IMG/VR virus record: IMGVR_UViG_2645727555_000018
Location: 1-18,152 of that record
DNA length: 18,152 nt
DNA from: a virus
Taxonomy: Duplodnaviria; Heunggongvirae; Uroviricota; Caudoviricetes
Reading direction: 5' to 3' (one strand)
Each line of letters begins with the position of its first letter. Position 1 is the first letter of the stretch. Shown one piece after another: positions 7,499 through 15,304 of the stretch. The translations under genes and the position numbers were made by a program. Under the pieces are notes generated by a model that did no database searches, was not told where the DNA came from, and saw only the letters and a program-made list of their open reading frames with translations.

Positions 7499-8599
7499 AT
7501 GAGCGAGTCCAAATCGCCGGATGCCCTGAGAGCAATGGTAGCCGGTACGCTGGCTAATTTTCAGCACCCAACCCTGAAACACAACCTGACTACGCTTAAA
7601 GCGTTACACCATGTTGCGTTGATGGATGACACACTGCATGTCGAACTAATCATGCCTTTCGTGTGGAATAAGCCTTTTGAAGACCTGAAAGAGCAATGTA
7701 GTGGTGATCTGCTCCGTATCACTGGCGCAAAGGCTATTGACTGGAAGCTGTCGTACAACATTGCCACGCTTAAGCGCGTCAAAAACCAACCAGGCATTAA
7801 TGGTGTTAAGAATATTATCGCCGTAAGCTCAGGCAAGGGCGGTGTAGGCAAATCGTCCACAGCAGTAAACTTGGCACTGGCTTTGGCTGCTGAAGGTGCG
7901 AAAGTTGGTATTTTGGATGCCGATATCTATGGTCCATCAATTCCAACCATGCTGGGCGCGGAAAACCAACGTCCAACCTCACCTGACGGTACTCACATGG
8001 CACCTATCATGTCTCATGGCCTGGCAACCAACTCTATTGGTTATCTGGTCACCGACGACAATGCAATGGTGTGGCGTGGACCGATGGCCAGCAAGGCGCT
8101 GATGCAGATGTTGCAGGAAACTCTATGGCCTGATCTGGACTATCTCGTTCTCGATATGCCGCCGGGCACTGGTGATATTCAGTTGACGCTGGCGCAGAAC
8201 ATTCCTGTAACTGGTGCGGTTGTGGTAACTACGCCGCAAGACATCGCGCTGATCGATGCGAAGAAAGGCATTGTGATGTTCGAAAAAGTCGAAGTGCCGG
8301 TACTAGGTATCGTCGAAAACATGAGTGTGCATATTTGCAGTAACTGCGATCATCACGAGCCAATTTTTGGCACCGGTGGCGCACAGAAACTGGCCGAGAA
8401 ATACAACACGCAGTTGTTAGGCCAAATGCCACTTCATATCTCTCTTCGTGAAGATCTGGATAACGGAACACCAACCGTTATTAGTCGTCCAGATAGCGAA
8501 TTTACGGCTATTTATCGTGACCTCGCAGATCGCGTTGCTGCCCAAATGTATTGGCAAGGTGAAGTAATACCTGGCGAAATCGCATTCCGCGCAGTGTGA
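7499..8599 (+). CDS. apbC: iron-sulfur cluster carrier ATPase ApbC/Mrp
   Basis: P-loop GKGGVGKS, CSNC motif, C-terminal ...GEVIPGEIAFRAV; full-length 366-aa ORF. Confidence 0.95.
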   Translation: MSESKSPDALRAMVAGTLANFQHPTLKHNLTTLKALHHVALMDDTLHVELIMPFVWNKPFEDLKEQCSGDLLRITGAKAIDWKLSYNIATLKRVKNQPGINGVKNIIAVSSGKGGVGKSSTAVNLALALAAEGAKVGILDADIYGPSIPTMLGAENQRPTSPDGTHMAPIMSHGLATNSIGYLVTDDNAMVWRGPMASKALMQMLQETLWPDLDYLVLDMPPGTGDIQLTLAQNIPVTGAVVVTTPQDIALIDAKKGIVMFEKVEVPVLGIVENMSVHICSNCDHHEPIFGTGGAQKLAEKYNTQLLGQMPLHISLREDLDNGTPTVISRPDSEFTAIYRDLADRVAAQMYWQGEVIPGEIAFRAV

Positions 8600-8624
8600 T
8601 AAAAAGGTGGTGCAATGCACCACC
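8599..8624 (-). terminator. intrinsic terminator downstream of the umuD'-like gene, in the apbC 3' spacer
   Basis: Stem GGTGGTG/CACCACC (8606-8624) with loop CAATG, followed on the minus strand by UUUUUAUC. Confidence 0.55.
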
Positions 8625-8636
8625 TAAACAGTTCTC

Positions 8637-9026
8637 CTACATCACAGGACAATCATCAAACTCGCCACTTCTTGCGTCGTTGATAATGTGAGTGATCACA
8701 CCAAACACGGCATTGCTGCCCGTGCATCCATCATCATCCTTTGGCAATGCTTCCTTCTTACCAGTTCTTAAATCCTCCAGATGCTGACGTGGATACTTCC
8801 GGTATCTTTTTACGCGATATTCCCCATCCAGAGCACATACAAGAAGAGATCCATCAACAGGAGTCAGTGAGGAATCGACCACCAGCAATGCACCCTGCAA
8901 TATTCCCTCACGATGATGACTATCAGCCGCCCTCATGAAGTAGGTCGCTGAAGGATGTCTAATTATCTGCTGATCAAGAGAAATACGGCTCTCAGCATAA
9001 TCCGCCGCAGGAGAAGGGAAGCCCAT
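8637..9026 (-). CDS. UmuD'-like S24 peptidase-family protein encoded without the N-terminal arm (humD-like)
   Basis: Begins MGFPSPAADY, i.e. at the position of the UmuD Cys24-Gly25 autocleavage site. Ser (AADSH) and Lys (EYRVKRY) of the catalytic dyad are present. C-terminal VFGVITHII matches UmuD VFGVVIHVV. No umuC-like gene is adjacent. Confidence 0.85.
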   Translation of the reverse strand: MGFPSPAADYAESRISLDQQIIRHPSATYFMRAADSHHREGILQGALLVVDSSLTPVDGSLLVCALDGEYRVKRYRKYPRQHLEDLRTGKKEALPKDDDGCTGSNAVFGVITHIINDARSGEFDDCPVM

Positions 9027-9042
9027 AATACTCGCCTCTTAA

Positions 9043-9062
9043 TACTGTATATGCATACAGTA
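9043..9062. promoter_or_regulatory. LexA (SOS) box TACTGTATATGCATACAGTA
   Basis: Perfect CTGT-N8-ACAG palindrome 17 nt upstream of the umuD'-like ATG, next to an AAGAGG SD. Confidence 0.8.
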
Positions 9063-9116
9063 TATGTTGAAGCTATATATTTTTGAACTCTATCTCTTAA
9101 AAAAGATGTTAATAAG

Positions 9117-9359
9117 ATGCTAACTATTGAAAGGCATAAATATATACAATTCCAACAAACGTTATTTTTAACAAATTTTTACTTCCCATTGACTTTCCCA
9201 GACTCCTTGTCTGAACTAATGTCCGCGGAAACCACTTTTTCCTTTACGAGTTATCCACAAAGTTATGCACTTGCACATAGTCTCTATAAATCCTATCTTA
9301 ATTCGCAAGACACTGATGTTGCGGTATTGTGGGTACATTTGGTTAAAAACGGACATTAA
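9117..9359 (+). CDS. questionable small ORF (80 aa) in an AT-rich spacer
   Basis: Only plus-strand ORF outside apbC not overlapped by a minus-strand gene; followed directly by a terminator. No convincing SD, atypical composition. Confidence 0.2.
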   Translation: MLTIERHKYIQFQQTLFLTNFYFPLTFPDSLSELMSAETTFSFTSYPQSYALAHSLYKSYLNSQDTDVAVLWVHLVKNGH

Positions 9360-9360
9360 A

Positions 9361-9389
9361 AAAGCCCAGTTGACTAGGCTGGGCTTTTT
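9361..9389 (+). terminator. intrinsic terminator (plus strand)
   Basis: Stem AGCCCAG/CTGGGCT (9363-9369 / 9379-9385), A-run upstream and UUUUU downstream. Confidence 0.55.
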
Positions 9390-9390
9390 A

Positions 9391-9417
9391 AAAGGAAACA
9401 GAGTTTGCGCCTCTGTT
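9391..9417 (-). terminator. intrinsic terminator (minus strand), back-to-back with 9361..9389
   Basis: Stem AACAGAG/CTCTGTT (9397-9403 / 9411-9417) with loop TTTGCGC; the minus-strand reading is followed by UCCUUUUAAAAA. Confidence 0.4.
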
Positions 9418-9424
9418 CCTGAGC

Positions 9425-9619
9425 CATAAGTATCTGGCGACTGAGCTAAGATTAACCGAATGTACTGGATTCATCAAGAAACGTTGAGCCGTCATGCTAG
9501 GTAATAATGACCATTTACCAAACATCGTTGTTCTCAAAGAAGATTTAAGTCCAGGTTTTTGGTGACTCTAAAACCTTACCTTAACTCGAAATCGTGCCGT
9601 AAGTATCTGGCGACTACAG
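9425..9619. repeat. direct repeats in noncoding DNA: TAAGTATCTGGCGACT (9427-9442 and 9599-9614) and AAATCGTGCCG (9589-9599 and 9708-9718)
   Basis: Exact 16-bp and 11-bp direct repeats in an ORF-free stretch between two terminators. Confidence 0.5.
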
Positions 9620-9785
9620 ATATTGCAACTGCAAAGGCAAGCTCAAAGGTATTTGCAGCTAGGTGCGATAAAACTAAGTGAGGCCTATAGTGCTTAACTT
9701 ACTTTTCAAAATCGTGCCGCCTATGTTCGCAATCATCGAAGCGATCATTGAGTACGTCAACCAGCGCCCATAATGCTAGTTGTTA

Positions 9786-9816
9786 CCGGCCCCATCCAAA
9801 TGGGGCCATTTTATTG
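9786..9816 (+). terminator. intrinsic terminator-like hairpin
   Basis: Stem GGCCCCA/TGGGGCC (9788-9794 / 9801-9807) followed by AUUUUAUU on the plus strand. Confidence 0.45.
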
Positions 9817-9822
9817 TATTGA

Positions 9823-10494
9823 CTACATACTTTCTGATCTAATTGAGTTGTTCACTGCTCTGGCAATTTTCTCCCGCAATTGCTGCGCTCCGTGGTACTG
9901 AACCGCAATATCCCGCAACTCGTTCACCAGTTCTCTAATCTGGTGATCTTTAAGCTCATTATTTGGGTGATGGGTAACAACTCTGGTTAATTCACCCTTG
10001 TCTTTTGCTCTTACGTATGCAGCTCTTGTGCATTCGACCCATGTATTACCGCCTACATTAACTTCGTAGATTAGGCTGGACTTATCTGTCAATTCGGAAC
10101 AAATACGGGCCGTGGTCTGGCAACTAGAGCATTCGCAGTTATCGCGGAAACCGTGGTCTACTGGCTTCGGTTTCACATCATCAACTTTTTCTACCCTATT
10201 GGAATTTAAATACTTCGAAGCCTTGCTATGCCAATAGCTGGTTTTAGGATCTTGTCCATCCATCAAACGCCAGGCTTCAGCGATTAACTCATAACTAGTG
10301 ACTGTAGCTTCCTGCGCATCACCAATAAGTCGTGTAATCTCTCTTTCAAGCCGACCGCCTAACTCCGTTTTAGTGCAATGTTCTGACCAATCGCCAGCCT
10401 CAAGAAGCGCGAGAATGCTTAAAATATCGTCCAATAGAACGGTAGTATTATCGACTTCCTTCTGAAACTCACCGGCTACTGATTTATGCATCAT
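9823..10494 (-). CDS. hypothetical protein (223 aa), last gene of the coupled operon
   Basis: Its ATG overlaps the stop of the upstream gene (ATGATGA); long ORF. Confidence 0.6.
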   Translation of the reverse strand: MMHKSVAGEFQKEVDNTTVLLDDILSILALLEAGDWSEHCTKTELGGRLEREITRLIGDAQEATVTSYELIAEAWRLMDGQDPKTSYWHSKASKYLNSNRVEKVDDVKPKPVDHGFRDNCECSSCQTTARICSELTDKSSLIYEVNVGGNTWVECTRAAYVRAKDKGELTRVVTHHPNNELKDHQIRELVNELRDIAVQYHGAQQLREKIARAVNNSIRSESM

Positions 10495-11144
10495 TCGTCA
10501 TCCTCATCCGAGTCATCCTCATCACAGGATGAGAGTAGTGGGTTAGTCATTCGCCCTACTTGAGTGGCGTAGCCACGCCGACAGAGATTGCGCAGCACAC
10601 TGTATATTTCGAACATCTCGGTTCGTTCATCGCCAACATCAAGCTCAGATGCTATAGCGTGGCATTCAGTCGCGAGAGCCGATATTTTCTGAAATAACTC
10701 TGCATTATTCACTGTTCGACTCCTGCGGCGTTCTGGTAGTGGCATCCAGTGTGTGACATTGCTAATCAGACCATATTCATTAGTTTGAGGATGGTTGCCG
10801 TTATCGTCTCCGTATTTAAGACTCTCCATAAAGCCATAATGCCTATTACCATTAACGCTCACAAAGCCGTAATAAGCAGGTATAACGCCGATCTCACACG
10901 TAACCAGTAAAGGAAAACTAGTTCTCCAATTTAGCTCGCCAATTACAGGCATTCGCTCACTACAGCTTATCCAACCATCCTTAGATGCGGCTGTATTGGC
11001 ATAGGCCTTACGGTGCTTCTGTAGCTCTGCTGCAATCGCTCTCACGACTTCAACTGGTGCCCTTGCAGCAAACTCAATGTTGGTGATCAGCTCATTAAGA
11101 TATTTCTCGCTTGGGTAGCATTTCTTATTGTTAACGGTGGTCAT
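10491..11144 (-). CDS. hypothetical phage protein, DUF551-like, with acidic C-terminal tail
   Basis: Motifs GWISCSERMP and THWMPLPE resemble DUF551; C-terminus CDEDDSDEDDE; TAATG overlap with the upstream gene. Confidence 0.55.
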   Translation of the reverse strand: MTTVNNKKCYPSEKYLNELITNIEFAARAPVEVVRAIAAELQKHRKAYANTAASKDGWISCSERMPVIGELNWRTSFPLLVTCEIGVIPAYYGFVSVNGNRHYGFMESLKYGDDNGNHPQTNEYGLISNVTHWMPLPERRRSRTVNNAELFQKISALATECHAIASELDVGDERTEMFEIYSVLRNLCRRGYATQVGRMTNPLLSSCDEDDSDEDDE

Positions 11145-11329
11145 TAGGCAGCTCTCTCAACAACAAGCAATTCGTCGTAGTCATAATCAGTTTCGGAACC
11201 ATCCGTACCGAACAGAGTCACTTTGTCATTTTCCATCCAAAAAGATTTAACCGCACATTGTTGACCTTTAGATGTTATGAGCACATCACCAGGGATTACG
11301 TCTTCAGCGCGAACCTCTAGTGTTCTCAT
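11144..11329 (-). CDS. hypothetical small protein (61 aa)
   Basis: ATGA overlap upstream and TAATG overlap downstream place it inside the coupled operon. Confidence 0.5.
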   Translation of the reverse strand: MRTLEVRAEDVIPGDVLITSKGQQCAVKSFWMENDKVTLFGTDGSETDYDYDELLVVERAA

Positions 11330-11856
11330 CGTGCTGCCCCCTCTTTGGTGAAAATGCCTGCTGCAATGCTGTTTATGATGCTGTCAGTGCATGGAGTAGA
11401 AAGCTGGGCATCTCCAGCAATTTTCATGACCTCAACATCCGCATATCGAATACCGAGGTGTATCAGACCGGCTATACCTGACTTAAGTCGAACATTTTCC
11501 ATAAACAGATCTTTTTCCCGCTGTTTAGCGGCTTCCAACTCCATCGACAATTTTTCCAACTGCTCTTTATGCTTCTTGTATTCCTGATATGCGTGCCAGG
11601 ACTGACCTTTGCGCACACTATCAGTAATATCAGTAATCTGTTCTGGTGTTAGCGTGGTCAGTGGCTGTGCTGGGAAAATCAGCACTTTCCCGGAATCCCA
11701 ATCAAAACCAGCGTGAATTGACTGAACCTCAACTGATGGTGTTGAACCGATGCGACCAGGCGAATGAACAACGATCGTTACATCCATATCGCGACGATGG
11801 CTGTGGTTGTTGGACAAAATACGATTCACCAACTCAGAAAATTTGGAGAATTTCAT
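11326..11856 (-). CDS. hypothetical protein (176 aa); ORF begins at TTG 11868 but the SD-backed ATG is at 11856
   Basis: GAGG 8 nt upstream of ATG(11856), which lies 8 nt after the stop of the upstream gene. Confidence 0.55.
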   Translation of the reverse strand: MKFSKFSELVNRILSNNHSHRRDMDVTIVVHSPGRIGSTPSVEVQSIHAGFDWDSGKVLIFPAQPLTTLTPEQITDITDSVRKGQSWHAYQEYKKHKEQLEKLSMELEAAKQREKDLFMENVRLKSGIAGLIHLGIRYADVEVMKIAGDAQLSTPCTDSIINSIAAGIFTKEGAAR

Positions 11857-11864
11857 GCGGAGCC

Positions 11865-12275
11865 TCAATATGCAAAATAGACCGTTGCCACGCCGTTATA
11901 GTGATCAAACGATACGGCGTTTACTTCATAGCTGGCAGGGAGCTTCGATCCGAGAACGTATCCGGGCCACGTTTTCCATGGAATTTCTCTGCGCTCACTA
12001 TCGCCATATACCGTACATCCCAGAGAGCCTACAGCTTCATTAGAACGCGTGCCGCACGTTATGAATCCCAGATTTTGCTTACTGCTCTTAATGGTGATTG
12101 GGTGAACGCTGGCTGATGCATTAGCAGCACGCTGTGCCTGTTGGTTTGTGATATTCGCAGAGTTCGCAGCAGCTACAGCAGCCGTAGTCGCGGCGGTAGA
12201 GGCTACAATAGCTGCTGAAGCATGCACTTGTTGGATATTCACCAACAATGCCGCGACAAAAATCATCTTCTTCAC
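11865..12275 (-). CDS. hypothetical secreted/periplasmic protein with N-terminal signal peptide
   Basis: GTG start with AGGAG SD. N-terminus MKKMIFVAALLVNIQQVHASAA is a typical Sec signal with AxA cleavage site. Mature part is Ala/Thr/Ser-rich. Confidence 0.6.
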   Translation of the reverse strand: MKKMIFVAALLVNIQQVHASAAIVASTAATTAAVAAANSANITNQQAQRAANASASVHPITIKSSKQNLGFITCGTRSNEAVGSLGCTVYGDSERREIPWKTWPGYVLGSKLPASYEVNAVSFDHYNGVATVYFAY

Positions 12276-12859
12276 TTGTCAGCTCCTTTGCGAATCTGTT
12301 CCGCCCATTCTTCAAGGGATTTCTCCGCATATTCACCGGACAGGCCATCAATCGGGTGCGGTTCATTAGCCAACTCTTCTTTCGCTGACAGAATCATGCG
12401 TGTAACGTCGAAAACTTCACGTAAAGACTTATTGATAAATCCGTGGTTGAAAGCAGCAGCAAGACGGCTTGCGGTATAGTTAACCCCCTCGTTGCGAGTC
12501 TCCGCACGTACTTCAGCCAGAAAAGCATCGGTGGCTGGAGTCTCCGTCAATTCGCTAACCCAATTATCTCCGTGTTCCTCGGCACACATCGCATCGAATG
12601 CTCGCTCAGATTCTTTCAGGGCTGCATTCTCCGCCGCTAATGCGTCTCTCTGCGCTCGCAACTTCTCAATTTCGGCAGCCATGTAGTAACCAACCATAGC
12701 GAAAGTGGCGAAAGGGTAGTCAGAATCATCAGGAGATACGGAGGCCATTAGCAGACCATCGTGCATGTTCTGGCTTCCATCAGTGATGGATACCGCATAA
12801 GAATCGCTGGTTTCCCGTTTATACAATACGACGACCGGGTTCTTGATTTTCTCTCTCAT
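12272..12859 (-). CDS. hypothetical protein with central coiled-coil-like segment (possibly Ead/Ea22-like)
   Basis: Heptad-like EIEKLRAQRDALAAENAALKESERA; TAATG overlap with the upstream gene. Confidence 0.55.
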   Translation of the reverse strand: MREKIKNPVVVLYKRETSDSYAVSITDGSQNMHDGLLMASVSPDDSDYPFATFAMVGYYMAAEIEKLRAQRDALAAENAALKESERAFDAMCAEEHGDNWVSELTETPATDAFLAEVRAETRNEGVNYTASRLAAAFNHGFINKSLREVFDVTRMILSAKEELANEPHPIDGLSGEYAEKSLEEWAEQIRKGADK

Positions 12860-13401
12860 TACGATGCCTCTAACTTATCTAACTCTTTCAGCCCTTCACG
12901 TACCGCGTTCACAATGCGTTCCAGATACTGGTATTTCGGGTTTGGTACCGTTGGCCAGTCGGCATACCACGGATCATCACCAAAGAGATTCAGCAGTTTG
13001 TTACCGACGCCGAAACAACAGCAGCTTTCTTTTACGTCATCGGCGTTTTCCGCCTCGTCCCACATTTCACGAGCCAGTACGGCGTCGATTTCTCTCTCTC
13101 TTCGTAACTTTATGATTTCTGACTTCACGAAAAGCAGATTTGCATCGTTGTCATCGTCGACCGTGCTTCGCAGTTGAGAGTCGAAATAGCCGATTAGATA
13201 CTCGTTGCTGACCCGCTTAATGAACGTCTGCACATCATCACCGCCCATAGCAAACCAAGCCGCAGTCCACGCTTTTCCGTAGCAGATGATGGTGATTCTT
13301 CCCTTACCAGGTTCGTAGTTTTCAATCATCACTCGAACCGGATCGAGGCGTTCCAGATCCGTCAGCACAAAGGAAAGAACATCTATTTTTTCGACCTTCA
13401 T
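12859..13401 (-). CDS. hypothetical protein (180 aa)
   Basis: ATGA overlap with the upstream HD-hydrolase gene; long ORF. Confidence 0.55.
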   Translation of the reverse strand: MKVEKIDVLSFVLTDLERLDPVRVMIENYEPGKGRITIICYGKAWTAAWFAMGGDDVQTFIKRVSNEYLIGYFDSQLRSTVDDDNDANLLFVKSEIIKLRREREIDAVLAREMWDEAENADDVKESCCCFGVGNKLLNLFGDDPWYADWPTVPNPKYQYLERIVNAVREGLKELDKLEAS

Positions 13402-14039
13402 GCAGCCTCCAACGCGCTCCAGATCAGCGATTTGTGTTTTTCATAACGTTTGATGTGTACCGGTTTCAGAAGCGCAATACCTTCAGTGACTTTCGCCATT
13501 GCGCTTAATAGCAACGGGTGTTCTATACCTATCCTCTCCATGTACTCGACAACATCAGCGTTGGCACCAATCTCTTTGCCGTGAAAGAGTACGTCCAGCA
13601 TCAGTTCTTTCTCTGCGAGGTAGACAGCTGAAAACTCGGGATCGCGACTCACGATAGAAGAGGTATTGTCGAGCAGGTCAGCCAGCTTGATCATGCGCGT
13701 CTGCATGTCGAGATTTTGCTCCAGCTCCCGGACATTGATGATGAAACGCTGTATTCGATTGCCGTCTTCTGGCCTTGCAATGTTGGTCAGAGCCTGAACC
13801 ATTTCAGCTACGCGCTCACCGAAGTGATCACGAACCATCTCTATGGTTACATGGGTGTCTTCGACCACATCATGCAGAAGCGCCGCGATTTGCATCTCCA
13901 CGGTTCCGTCATGCAATGCAACAATCTCTCGGACAGCAACCGGGTGGTTGATGTAGTCTTCGCCGGTATATTTTCTTTTCTGACCAACGCCACCATGAGC
14001 GCCAGCGGCGAACATATGAGCTTCGGAAATACTAGACAT
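13398..14039 (-). CDS. HD-domain hydrolase of the RelA/SpoT (p)ppGpp-hydrolase type (small alarmone hydrolase-like)
   Basis: GEDYINHPVAV...AALLHDVVEDT...FGERVAEMV closely mirrors the SpoT/Rel hydrolase signature (GEPYI.HP.AV / LHDV.EDT). No synthetase domain; 213 aa. Confidence 0.75.
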   Translation of the reverse strand: MSSISEAHMFAAGAHGGVGQKRKYTGEDYINHPVAVREIVALHDGTVEMQIAALLHDVVEDTHVTIEMVRDHFGERVAEMVQALTNIARPEDGNRIQRFIINVRELEQNLDMQTRMIKLADLLDNTSSIVSRDPEFSAVYLAEKELMLDVLFHGKEIGANADVVEYMERIGIEHPLLLSAMAKVTEGIALLKPVHIKRYEKHKSLIWSALEAA

Positions 14040-14115
14040 TCTTAACTCCGTTGTTTTCTAGTTGTGGTTATTTTCACAAATAAGAAAAGGTAGAAAACAA
14101 TTTATTTAAGGCCAC
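14040..14115 (-). promoter_or_regulatory. dual-dyad promoter module for the 8-gene operon
   Basis: Minus strand reads GCCTTAAATAAATTGTTTTCTACCTTTTCTTATTTGTGAAAATAACCACAACTAGAAAACAACGGAG. Aligns with 5147..5232, including the TTGTTTTCTACCTTTT block and a TGnGAAAAT extended -10. Confidence 0.45.
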
Positions 14116-14158
14116 AACTTATGGCCTTTATTTATTCATGCCGAAGGATTTGTAGCGT

Positions 14159-14539
14159 CTAATTGCCGGATAAAATGGGGTGAGGTGCTTGCCAGTAGGC
14201 TCCACCGGTCCATGTGAACCCCATGCGAATAAGAGTGTTTATTGCGGCTTTGGTAGACTCCGATTCGACACTGGCTTTTCGAAACTCTTGAACCTCTTTC
14301 GCCAACTTGTATGTAATTGTGCAGGGGACGATTGCAGCCCAGCCTTTCTCATGACTGTTAATGACCATCTGGATGTGACCATCCAGAATAGGTTGATTAG
14401 GCATGTTATTGAAAATGTCTGCCTGTTTTTGAATGTGAAGAAAAAGCCTTGCCAGCTCCATTTGCTCACTACGAGACAAGGGATTATCAAGAGGGCTTTT
14501 TGCAAAAGCGGCTATACGCTGTGCGTCAATGCCAAACAT
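14159..14539 (-). CDS. hypothetical protein (126 aa)
   Basis: TGATG overlap with the upstream gene. Confidence 0.55.
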   Translation of the reverse strand: MFGIDAQRIAAFAKSPLDNPLSRSEQMELARLFLHIQKQADIFNNMPNQPILDGHIQMVINSHEKGWAAIVPCTITYKLAKEVQEFRKASVESESTKAAINTLIRMGFTWTGGAYWQAPHPILSGN

Positions 14540-15243
14540 CAGCGCACCTCACCATCTTTATGGCTGGAGTTAACTTCCGCCATTAAATGTCTGACGTAAT
14601 CGACAAGAGAGCCACCTGGTGGAATCTGGCATTCCTCAACTAACTGGAAGTAGATATCCGCTGCATTACGTGTATTGCTACCCGCACATATTCTTTCTTC
14701 CCGAAGTGCATGAAGCTCGTTGACCAAACGGTCACACTCTCCGTTACGCTGATCCACAACGGCCTCAAGCTCTGCGACGCGTTCACCTGGCGTCTTACCT
14801 TCTTTGCGTTGGATGGTAACGACGAAATCGCCAATTGCAGGGACGTTGTAATCCAGCTCAAGGTAGTTTTTGGCACCGCTGCGGACGAACTCACCCGCGA
14901 ACATGGTGGCGAACATTGCAGAGGCCACTTCGCCGTTGAAAAGTGACTCCAGATCTAACGGAGTACCGGCAGCAAGAGCCTCTTTTGCTGTATCCATTGC
15001 ATCCATGAACCGATCAAACTCACTAGCGCGCTTTTCCAGGTCTTTCCATTGCTCGCTCCAACGTTTGGCAACGAAGTCTATGAATGTTTTCGCGGATTCA
15101 TCAAAATTCCCCTCAAACTTAACGATGCCTTTATCAATAATGATCTGGCCTACCGCATCCTCTGCATAACCTTTCAATGTAAACTTGAAAGGAAAATCAG
15201 AATGGCCTGTGACGTTAAAATGCTCTAACTGGAGGTTGTTCAT
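14539..15243 (-). CDS. hypothetical protein (234 aa)
   Basis: Long ORF 61 nt downstream of the methyltransferase gene with no promoter module between them; probably co-transcribed. Confidence 0.55.
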   Translation of the reverse strand: MNNLQLEHFNVTGHSDFPFKFTLKGYAEDAVGQIIIDKGIVKFEGNFDESAKTFIDFVAKRWSEQWKDLEKRASEFDRFMDAMDTAKEALAAGTPLDLESLFNGEVASAMFATMFAGEFVRSGAKNYLELDYNVPAIGDFVVTIQRKEGKTPGERVAELEAVVDQRNGECDRLVNELHALREERICAGSNTRNAADIYFQLVEECQIPPGGSLVDYVRHLMAEVNSSHKDGEVR

Positions 15244-15304
15244 GTGTTTTTCTCTTATCGTTTAGTAACTACATTCTTACACAAACTAAGTAAGTATTTA
15301 CCTA

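Noticed and set aside
7561-8623. ORFs 7561..7860, 7815..8003, 7896..8102, 8229..8474 and 8417..8623 overlapping apbC
   Set aside because: All overlap the well-supported apbC frame and have no SD or motif support.
9400-9820. Possible tRNA or tmRNA gene serving as an integration target
   Set aside because: No T-loop (GGTTCGA) or acceptor-stem signature could be found on either strand. The repeats here do not resemble tRNA 3' ends.
14108-14128. Hairpin AAGGCCA...TGGCCTT between gene 14159..14539 and the operon promoter
   Set aside because: The U-tract is on the plus strand only, where there is no gene to terminate. It may insulate the promoter from antisense transcription, but it is not called as a terminator of the minus-strand gene.
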